Origin: a virus
Taxonomy: Duplodnaviria; Heunggongvirae; Uroviricota; Caudoviricetes
Direction: 5' to 3' (one strand)
Virus record (IMG/VR): IMGVR_UViG_3300003155_000137
Location: 110,629-137,417 of that record
Length of the DNA: 26,789 bases
Shown here: positions 1-7,367 of the stretch, in pieces
Numbering within the stretch: the first letter of the stretch is position 1
How the letters are laid out: each line of letters starts with the position of its first letter
Notes under the pieces: generated by a model
The model's input: the letters and a program-made list of their open reading frames with translations, nothing else
Databases searched by the model: none
What the model was told of the DNA's origin: nothing
Program-made: the position numbers and the translations under genes

Positions 1-2
1 TG

Positions 3-329
3 CAGTTCTCGATATTCTTCATCTACCTCATGGCGGTGGTCACGAGGTTCCTCATGCTGTTCGAGCCCGGAGGCATGGCCGTCAAGGTGGTTCCGGCCAT
101 CATCATGGTGCTCGACCTGCTGTGCCTCACGTTCGCCTTCACCGGCAGGACATATCTGGAGCGTCGCGTGCTCGTGGTGAATCTGGCGATGGGGCTGTCC
201 GACGCCATGCTGATGTCGCTCATCCACACGCCGGGGATGACCTTGGAGATGGTGCTCCTGAGATTCGAGCTTCCCGCGATGCTGCTGTACCGCTGCTTCT
301 CAATAGAGTGGATCGAGGATGAGAGATGA
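3..329 (+). CDS. Multi-pass membrane protein, holin-like; 5' end lies outside the window
   Basis: Frame is open back to the window edge (QFSIFFIYL-M at 30). It has 3-4 hydrophobic segments, and its stop overlaps the next ATG (ATGA at 326-329). Confidence 0.7.
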   Translation, partial: QFSIFFIYLMAVVTRFLMLFEPGGMAVKVVPAIIMVLDLLCLTFAFTGRTYLERRVLVVNLAMGLSDAMLMSLIHTPGMTLEMVLLRFELPAMLLYRCFSIEWIEDER

Positions 330-748
330 CGCCAGAGATGCTGAACATACTGATGCAGTCGCCGGTGCTTGTCGCCATAGTCACCGCTGCGGGGTCCGCG
401 ATCATGGCACACGTGTCCCCGAAGAGGGGAACGGAGGACCGTGAGAGACGGGACTCGGAGCGTGAGGAGGATCGTGGAAGAATATCGGACATACACAGAA
501 TAAGCCTTGGCCTTGACAGGCACATCAACAACAACGAGGTTCCGTTCAGACAGCAGATGAACGAGAAGCTGGACATGGTGAACACCACGATGTCATCCCT
601 GCTGGAGACGACGAAGAGCACGAACATGTCGATATCGTCTCTTGGATCGAGAATCGATGTTCTGGAATCCGATGTCGATGGGATCAAGAGGGACTTGTCG
701 GATATCACGAGGAACGATCCAGAGTCTGCCGGCGACCATAGGAGGTAG
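326..748 (+). CDS. Membrane-anchored coiled-coil protein (lysis-cassette type)
   Basis: N-terminal hydrophobic helix (VLVAIVTAAGSAIMA), then a charged region and heptads (LGSRIDVLESDVDGIKRDLS). Coupled to the upstream gene. Confidence 0.75.
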   Translation: MTPEMLNILMQSPVLVAIVTAAGSAIMAHVSPKRGTEDRERRDSEREEDRGRISDIHRISLGLDRHINNNEVPFRQQMNEKLDMVNTTMSSLLETTKSTNMSISSLGSRIDVLESDVDGIKRDLSDITRNDPESAGDHRR

Positions 749-756
749 GGTCGATC

Positions 757-2574
757 ATGGGACAGAGAACACATTCGCTCAATGGCGCGAAGAGAGAGTA
801 CATCCGCGCATATCAGCACGTGACCGATCTGAGAATCTATGCGGTGTTCAGAACATCCGAGCACACGCTGTTCTACGGTCAGGGGATACAGGACGACGCA
901 TTCGGAGAGCTTGAGGTCGGAACCGTTCTGACAAAGCTCAACCATCGATCGATCACCCATGGCGACTTCGACATCCTTGAGACCGACCCGTTCGAGGCAT
1001 CGATTCCATACACCCTCTACGTGGTGAACCCGAACGACGAGGCCGGTCAGGCGAGCAACGCCATCACCTTCACGGAGAGCGACCAGGTCCCCGTACTCGA
1101 CGTCAGGGTTGACGGTGAGTCCGTGGTCACCGACCAGATAGCATACATCGACCTCACCGGGAAGCTCGACGTCATCGCCTCCCCGAACAAGCTGTACGGA
1201 ACCGATTCAGATGGAAGACAGCACATGTATGACCTGAAGGAGGTCATGGGTGTTCAGCATATCTATCTGAACGGCAAGGAACTCCCCGTAACGGATAACT
1301 CCGTCCACATCGACGGAGTGGCGATGGACGCCGACGTCGTCCACAAGGTCACGACGCCGAACATCATCTACGCCACCGACGGCAACGGCGACCCGACCAC
1401 CATATCGGTGTCGCACTTCGCCACCGCCGACTCCCTGTACGGCGTGGCCAACAGGGTCACGGCGATAGAGGGTACCCTGCCCAACAAGCAGGACAAGGAC
1501 CCCGATGCGGTAAACGGCAACATCGCGGTGTTCCAGAACGGCCAGACCGTGGACGGCGGAACCTCGCTGGCGTCCATCAACTCCACTCTGACGAACCACG
1601 GCGACCGCATCACCGCGCTTGAGGGCGACGTCGACGACATCCGTCAGGACATCAGCGAGGTCAACCAGACCATCGGCGGCATCCAGTCCGACATCGGCTC
1701 CATCAACTCGACCATCGAGAACTCTCTTGCCAAGGACTGGAAGGCCACGTCCGGCGGACACGCCATACTCAACCACCCGGTCGAGCCCGACCTGAGAAGC
1801 ATCACCATCACCAACCTCGCCATCGGCGACGAGGAGACGTACCGCGCCTATTCGTCCGAGGTCATCCTGTCCATCAATCCGGTGTCGGGAGGTGCCGGGG
1901 CGGTGGTCATCGGGTCGAGCAACACCGCAGGGGCGCAGTCGGTGAACATCGGCAACTCCCCGAGGACCGGTGCCAATTCCGTGGGCGTGGGTGCCATGAC
2001 GGTGGCGACCGGGGAGTCGGCGGTCGGTGTGGGTCAGTCGGCCTCGGCAAGCGCATCCGACTCCGTGGCGATAGGCCACAACGCATCGGCCACCGCGTCA
2101 AGGAGCGTGGCGCTGGGCTCCGGCTCATCCACCACGACGGCGGACACCGTGTCGGTCGGCTTCGACGACCCCACCGGAAGAAGCTCGGTATACCGCAGAA
2201 TCATGGCGGTAGCGGCTCCGGTCAACGACCACGACGCCGCCATCAAGCAGTACGTGGACGACGCCGACGACGAGCTGAGGCAGCTCATCACGGCCCTCCA
2301 GACGGCCGTGACCAAGCTCCAGTCCTCGGTCAATGGCCATACGACCTCCATTAACAAGGTCACCAACACGGCGAACGACATCGTGAACAAGGTCTGGGGC
2401 GGACCGTCCATCGGCTCCGACGGTCATGTCAACTGGGGCTCCGGAAACAACTCGTGGCAGAAGATACCGATGGGCGACCTCAACATCTTCTCGGTGTCCA
2501 GCCCGGACAACAGCACGGTAGCCGACTCCATCAGGTCCCGCGACCTCATGGACGACGACATCAGGGTCCAGTGA
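757..2574 (+). CDS. Trimeric fibre / receptor-binding protein with YadA-like head repeats and neck
   Basis: Coiled coil (RITALEGDVDD), about seven 13-14-aa SVAIG-type repeats, neck motif RRIMAVAAPVNDHDAAIKQYVD, then a second coiled coil. RBS GGAGGTAGG. Confidence 0.8.
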   Translation: MGQRTHSLNGAKREYIRAYQHVTDLRIYAVFRTSEHTLFYGQGIQDDAFGELEVGTVLTKLNHRSITHGDFDILETDPFEASIPYTLYVVNPNDEAGQASNAITFTESDQVPVLDVRVDGESVVTDQIAYIDLTGKLDVIASPNKLYGTDSDGRQHMYDLKEVMGVQHIYLNGKELPVTDNSVHIDGVAMDADVVHKVTTPNIIYATDGNGDPTTISVSHFATADSLYGVANRVTAIEGTLPNKQDKDPDAVNGNIAVFQNGQTVDGGTSLASINSTLTNHGDRITALEGDVDDIRQDISEVNQTIGGIQSDIGSINSTIENSLAKDWKATSGGHAILNHPVEPDLRSITITNLAIGDEETYRAYSSEVILSINPVSGGAGAVVIGSSNTAGAQSVNIGNSPRTGANSVGVGAMTVATGESAVGVGQSASASASDSVAIGHNASATASRSVALGSGSSTTTADTVSVGFDDPTGRSSVYRRIMAVAAPVNDHDAAIKQYVDDADDELRQLITALQTAVTKLQSSVNGHTTSINKVTNTANDIVNKVWGGPSIGSDGHVNWGSGNNSWQKIPMGDLNIFSVSSPDNSTVADSIRSRDLMDDDIRVQ

Positions 2575-2593
2575 CGGAAAGGAACACGGAATC

Positions 2594-3349
2594 ATGGTCT
2601 ACGCATCAGGCGACCTGCACATAGACGCATATCCGTCATTCGGCGGATACATGGCCGTCCACTTCATCTTCGACATCCATGCCGAGGTGAACGATGCCAT
2701 GACCAACATGCACTGCCAGCTCACCAACAACAAGTGCTATTGGGACCATGGTTCCGGAGCCGGCCACGGCTTCATCAATGTGTCCGCCCTGCTGTGGAAC
2801 CCCCAGCCGTTCGACTACCAGCAGGAGACCACGCTTCCGGAGAACTGGAACGACGTCTACAACAATCAGCTCGTCCCCGGCTCGAACCATCAGGTCCCGA
2901 ACAACGTGCTCTACGGCGTCTATGAAATCGACACCGCCGACCACCATATATCCGGGGAGCTGCCGACACGTCATGACTCATGGGACTTCCCCTTGGGTCC
3001 GGACAACTTCGATGAGAACGGCGACATCAAGAACATCAGGATAATAGGTCTGGCAGGCAGGGCGTTCCACAACAGGCACGACAACCCCGACCTCGACCTG
3101 AAGTACGAGTACTCGGCCCACTGGTCATACGACCCCAACCGCGACGGCTTCCAGCTCTCGCTCGATTCGTTCCGCTACAGCCCCTGGGCGGTGAGGCATG
3201 GCGCATGGCAGTCATGCGACAGGACGGGCGGCGGCGTATGGAAGCGTGCAGGCGACTGGCAGAAGAAGCTGAACAACTCCATGGGCTCAAGCTCCATATG
3301 GGTACGCAAGTCTGGAAAATGGGTGCGTTGTCCGAAGATAGGTGGTTGA
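2594..3349 (+). CDS. Putative virion (minor tail/fibre-associated) protein
   Basis: GAAAGGA RBS. Beta-rich N-terminal part and a Trp/Gly/Lys-rich C-terminus (YSPWAVRHGAWQSCDR...WVRKSGKWVRCPKIGG). Follows the fibre gene. Confidence 0.7.
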   Translation: MVYASGDLHIDAYPSFGGYMAVHFIFDIHAEVNDAMTNMHCQLTNNKCYWDHGSGAGHGFINVSALLWNPQPFDYQQETTLPENWNDVYNNQLVPGSNHQVPNNVLYGVYEIDTADHHISGELPTRHDSWDFPLGPDNFDENGDIKNIRIIGLAGRAFHNRHDNPDLDLKYEYSAHWSYDPNRDGFQLSLDSFRYSPWAVRHGAWQSCDRTGGGVWKRAGDWQKKLNNSMGSSSIWVRKSGKWVRCPKIGG

Positions 3350-3461
3350 CCCCAATCGCTCCGGGAACCGCACATGGCGTCCCCATCATGGCTAGAATTG
3401 TTCATAGAATCGATTCGTGCGACGTGACGGCGTCGCTGCCCTGATGAGGAGGCCACTGCAT

Positions 3462-3788
3462 ATGGTGGACAAGTGCTATCAGAAGGTCATAGGGGGAAGC
3501 GCGATCAATCTGTACGTCACCGGTCGCCGCGCTTCGCTCTGCCGCATGGACATCAAGAGCGGCAGGGAGCGTGAGATAGACAGCTATTCCAACGTGTCCC
3601 CGATGGAGGCCGTGGCCATAGCGTCGGCGAGGTTCGGCCACATGGCGGAGGTCGACGTCTCCGGGGACAGCCCGTCGGTGAGGCGTCAGGCTAACCGTCA
3701 GGTGCGCTCGTCACGCAGGAGATTCAGCATGGAGGAGAGGCTCAGGCTCATCAACGAACGCCTCGACGAGGAGGATGAAGACCTGTGA
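3462..3788 (+). CDS. Hypothetical protein
   Basis: GAGGAGG RBS upstream of the ATG at 3462, preferred over 3417. Stop overlaps the GTG of the next gene. Confidence 0.7.
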   Translation: MVDKCYQKVIGGSAINLYVTGRRASLCRMDIKSGREREIDSYSNVSPMEAVAIASARFGHMAEVDVSGDSPSVRRQANRQVRSSRRRFSMEERLRLINERLDEEDEDL

Positions 3789-6673
3789 GCCAGATGATAT
3801 TCTACAAGTACCCTCTTGAGCAGGACGAGATATGGGATGGCTCTCCAACGGGAAGTACCTATGCATGGGGTGTGGCCAATCCAGACCTGTTCAATGACAT
3901 GCCGGATGACATAGAGATTTATCTTGATGATGATAGCGACCAGTGGGTCGCCGTATCCAGCGGTGCCGTCATCGACGGGCCGTACCCGTCGGTGGACGAG
4001 CTGATGGACTCATTGTCGACGATGTATGGTGCCGACTCGTACCAGGAATCCGAGGAGGGGTACGACGAGGCGCAGTCGGAGCTTGTCGTGGCGTCGTTCG
4101 ACGGAATCCTGATGACCACCAAGGACGTGTACACGGCAAGGGCCGTGTACGGCGTCGACGTGGACGTCAGGACGAGAACGGTCGCCGGAACCAGGGAGAA
4201 CGTCGGAAGATGGAGGAGAGCGATGGCCTACGACGTGAGAAGGACCGCGTCGGACGCCGGATGGGCCGAGATATCGGCCGGAATATGGGAGTATCAGGAC
4301 GGCAGGGAGCAGGCGTACATCATGGACGCCAACGACGGCCTCCTGCACCTGTACTATGAGGGACTCGACTACGGCCCCTACGAGGACGAGCTCATGGCGA
4401 TGGACGTGTTCGCGCAGCTCGTTCCCGGCATCGAGGACGCCATAGACGACGCCCTCGCCATCGCCCCGCCGCTCGGCCAGATGCTGTCCACATCCGATTC
4501 ATACGACACCGACAACGGGATGCTCGACGACGATTGGGAGGACGACTTCGCCGCCGACGAATTCGACCCGGACGACGACTGGGGATTCCACGACGTGTCC
4601 GACCTCGACGACGACTATGACGACGAGGATGACTCAAGAACCGCGTCCGTTCACAGGGCATCCGATGAGGATGAATTGGATGATGAATGGAGCTATATCT
4701 CTGACGACACCCCTGTAACGCATCTCCTTGATGATGATGCCATCATGTATGATGATGAGAGCAAGATGCCAGATTCAGATGGAATCAGAGTCATCAGAAT
4801 CGATGACCATACAATAAGAGTCGATGCCGATGATGATGATACATACAGGCAGTGGCTCAGCATGTACGGTGTCGACAATCCGGCCGATGTGGAGCTTTAT
4901 GATGAGGATGAGCGTCTCGGCTCCGCTCGAACTGCCGGGGCGTGGACCATCGATGCCGACGCCCCGCTGGACAATGACCAGAAGCGCATGCTCAACGACG
5001 CCGGGGTGGCGTTCTCTCAGGACGAGACCGACGACGGCAAGGCGCGCATCACCCTCACCGGAACGGACAAGGTGGTGGCCGACACGGCGGAGATGATCGG
5101 ACTGACCGACGACTTCGTGAACGATGCCGAGCCGCTCGACGGAGTGGAGCGCGACCCCGATGACGAAGGGTCGCCGGAGGACGAGGTGCGCGACGAGATA
5201 GACGACGCCGTTGAATCCGACGGCGACGACATGCACGCCATCTCCGACGACGACCAGAAGAAGATAGTCGACGGCGTCAAGGACCTCCTTGAGGGGTGGA
5301 AGGACGACGTGTCCGACAGAAGCGCCGCGAGGACGGCCGAGGCACCGGGTGCCGACGGAACCGACGTGTCCGACATGCCTGTCGACGAACATTGGCCCTA
5401 CACGTTCGAGAGCCGTAAGGTTGATGTGGACAACGGCAGATACGTGTCCACCCATGAGGCATCTTCTGACGATCATGATGAATCCACCGGAAAGGAATCC
5501 ATGAGAATGGCGGCTGACAGCTACTACGATGAGGACCTCGGCGGCTACCCGCTCGCCGTCGACGAGGATGGCGACGAGACCGAGTTCGACAACCGGAGGG
5601 AGTTCGAGGACGGCCCGCTCGATTCCTACTACTACACGATGTTCGACCGCTACGGAGACCCCCGGAAGGACTTCGTGGACGGAATCGACGAGGCGCTCGA
5701 CGGCGCGGCCACGCTCGACATCACCTATCCCGAGGTCGAATACGACAACATCTACCTCAGCACCTACGGCGACGTGTTCGACTGCTCGGAGTGCGACAAG
5801 CGCTTCAGGAGCATGGACGAGGCCATGAGGCATCTCCGCGAGGAGGCCCGCAAGGCGCTTGGCGATGCGGATTCCGGCAGGACCGCATCCACAAGGACGG
5901 CGCACCAGCTTCAGTCCTTCTCCATCAATACGGAAAACCACGGCCCCGTCACGGTCGACGTGGACATGGGGCAGCAGTACGACAACGGGAGCACGGCCTA
6001 CACGGTGTCCATCGACGGCATCCCGTCGGCGAAGGACGGGTTCGAGCTGTCCTACTACGGCTACCTGTCCAACGACACCGTGGACGACGACTACGAGGAG
6101 TGGTCGTGGAACGTGTCCGGCTCCGACGGCGAGACCATCTACGATGACGGCAGGGAGCTGTCCGGCGAGGCCGACTCGCGCGAGGGTGCCGAATCCGACA
6201 TGTACGACGCCATGTTCGACTACTTCAACCGCAACCTCGAACGCGACATCGATTCGTACCTCTCCGACAACGGCCTGACCGCATCCGCAAAGGGGACGGC
6301 CAAGCGGGCAGACACCGAATCCAAGTCGTGGACGTTCGACGTCGATGGCGTAGGTTCGGTATCGGCGACCATGTCCGACAGCGGATTCGGTGACACGAGA
6401 CAGTATTCCTTCACGTTCGGAGGCGCTGTTGACGACTACGGCAAGGACGGGTTCCGGCCCTTCGTCCTCGGGGAGATAGAGGACATGTCGTGGGACAACG
6501 ACGAGCCGACGTTCGAGTGGACGCTGTCCGACGAGGACCACAACGTCGACGAATCCGGCGACGCCGAATCGATGGACGACGCCGAACACGACATGATGGC
6601 GGCGTTCGAGTCCTTCATCGCGTCCGATGCATGCGCCGACATGATTCGCGGTTACGTGGACGCCAACAGGTAG
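3785..6673 (+). CDS. Very acidic modular polyprotein, putative internal head protein
   Basis: 962-aa ORF with phage-like codon bias. Asp/Glu-rich modules are separated by basic R-x-A linkers. Confidence 0.85.
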   Translation: MSQMIFYKYPLEQDEIWDGSPTGSTYAWGVANPDLFNDMPDDIEIYLDDDSDQWVAVSSGAVIDGPYPSVDELMDSLSTMYGADSYQESEEGYDEAQSELVVASFDGILMTTKDVYTARAVYGVDVDVRTRTVAGTRENVGRWRRAMAYDVRRTASDAGWAEISAGIWEYQDGREQAYIMDANDGLLHLYYEGLDYGPYEDELMAMDVFAQLVPGIEDAIDDALAIAPPLGQMLSTSDSYDTDNGMLDDDWEDDFAADEFDPDDDWGFHDVSDLDDDYDDEDDSRTASVHRASDEDELDDEWSYISDDTPVTHLLDDDAIMYDDESKMPDSDGIRVIRIDDHTIRVDADDDDTYRQWLSMYGVDNPADVELYDEDERLGSARTAGAWTIDADAPLDNDQKRMLNDAGVAFSQDETDDGKARITLTGTDKVVADTAEMIGLTDDFVNDAEPLDGVERDPDDEGSPEDEVRDEIDDAVESDGDDMHAISDDDQKKIVDGVKDLLEGWKDDVSDRSAARTAEAPGADGTDVSDMPVDEHWPYTFESRKVDVDNGRYVSTHEASSDDHDESTGKESMRMAADSYYDEDLGGYPLAVDEDGDETEFDNRREFEDGPLDSYYYTMFDRYGDPRKDFVDGIDEALDGAATLDITYPEVEYDNIYLSTYGDVFDCSECDKRFRSMDEAMRHLREEARKALGDADSGRTASTRTAHQLQSFSINTENHGPVTVDVDMGQQYDNGSTAYTVSIDGIPSAKDGFELSYYGYLSNDTVDDDYEEWSWNVSGSDGETIYDDGRELSGEADSREGAESDMYDAMFDYFNRNLERDIDSYLSDNGLTASAKGTAKRADTESKSWTFDVDGVGSVSATMSDSGFGDTRQYSFTFGGAVDDYGKDGFRPFVLGEIEDMSWDNDEPTFEWTLSDEDHNVDESGDAESMDDAEHDMMAAFESFIASDACADMIRGYVDANR

Positions 6674-6719
6674 CCGACCGGTTTTCCACAACAACAACAC
6701 ACAACGAAAGGACACCGAC

Positions 6720-7064
6720 ATGGTGAATCGCAGGATGATGATGATGGGGGGGGGCTCCTCCCGTAGCGTGAGAAGGGCCGGGAACGGCGACGACCTCCCA
6801 AGATGGTACGGGACTCCGGAGATAGGATACCGCTACTACAATGAGTGGGCCGACCCGGACCTCGTGTACAAGGGGCACGAGTTCAACTACTACGACATCG
6901 AAGGGGCCCTTTGGGACATGTATCTGGAGGATGGCGGAGACGAGGATGACGACGACGCCTTCGCTGCGTATGTACGCGAGAACGCTCCGGCATACATGGA
7001 CGACGTGATGGCGTTCGACTACTTCGCGCCGGGCTCCACGAGCTGGCACGACAGTTACCGGTGA
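6720..7064 (+). CDS. Small acidic protein with a basic N-terminal leader ending VRRA
   Basis: AC-rich leader and GAAAGGA RBS. MVNRRMMMMGGGSSRSVRRA is followed by an acidic/aromatic domain (WYG...EWADPDLVYKGHEFNYYDIE). Confidence 0.8.
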   Translation: MVNRRMMMMGGGSSRSVRRAGNGDDLPRWYGTPEIGYRYYNEWADPDLVYKGHEFNYYDIEGALWDMYLEDGGDEDDDDAFAAYVRENAPAYMDDVMAFDYFAPGSTSWHDSYR

Positions 7065-7096
7065 CGCATCGGCATGACGGGAGGCGCAGGTCACTT

Positions 7097-7282
7097 ATGG
7101 CAATCCTCCCGTCATGCATCAGATGCGGCTCCGCACCGAAGATGGTGTCGGTGATATCCGCCGGGGACGACATGCACCGCCATCACTGGATGATGCAGTG
7201 TTCGAGATGCGGCGACATGAGGACGCCTTTGGCGGAATCGAGGAACGAGGCCGTCTCCCTGTGGACCGTCATGTGCATGTGA
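7097..7282 (+). CDS. Lar-like (restriction alleviation) zinc-ribbon protein
   Basis: ILPSCIRCG...MQCSRCG...SRNEAVSLW matches the Lar-family pattern LxPCPxCG...CxxCG...eeAixxW. GGAGG/CAGGT lie upstream of the ATG at 7097. Confidence 0.6.
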   Translation: MAILPSCIRCGSAPKMVSVISAGDDMHRHHWMMQCSRCGDMRTPLAESRNEAVSLWTVMCM

Positions 7283-7290
7283 CCATGTAC

Positions 7291-7328
7291 TAAAATGTAT
7301 ATCAGTTGGTCGGGAATGCCCGGCCGAC
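7291..7328 (+). promoter_or_regulatory. Putative -10 (TAAAAT) followed by a 5'-terminal hairpin for the head operon
   Basis: TAAAAT at 7291-7296. 10-bp stem GTTGGTCGGG-AATG-CCCGGCCGAC at 7305-7328. Confidence 0.45.
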
Positions 7329-7367
7329 ATACCTAACACGGATATCTCCATCTGGAAGGGGTCACAC

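Noticed and set aside
3826-3836. CGAGATATGGG as a self-target of the TnpB guide
   Set aside because: Only 8 guide bases match and the tentative TAM is incomplete, so this is compatible with chance.
4775-6721. Long antisense ORFs (also 7362..8942, 8890..10584, 22435..24153, 25012..26346)
   Set aside because: These are shadow frames of strongly biased high-GC plus-strand genes, with no RBS or recognisable motifs.
7319-7330. 12-mer CCCGGCCGACAT also at 21358-21369
   Set aside because: A GC-rich 12-mer match is expected by chance in 27 kb, and the two copies face opposite ways relative to their transcripts.
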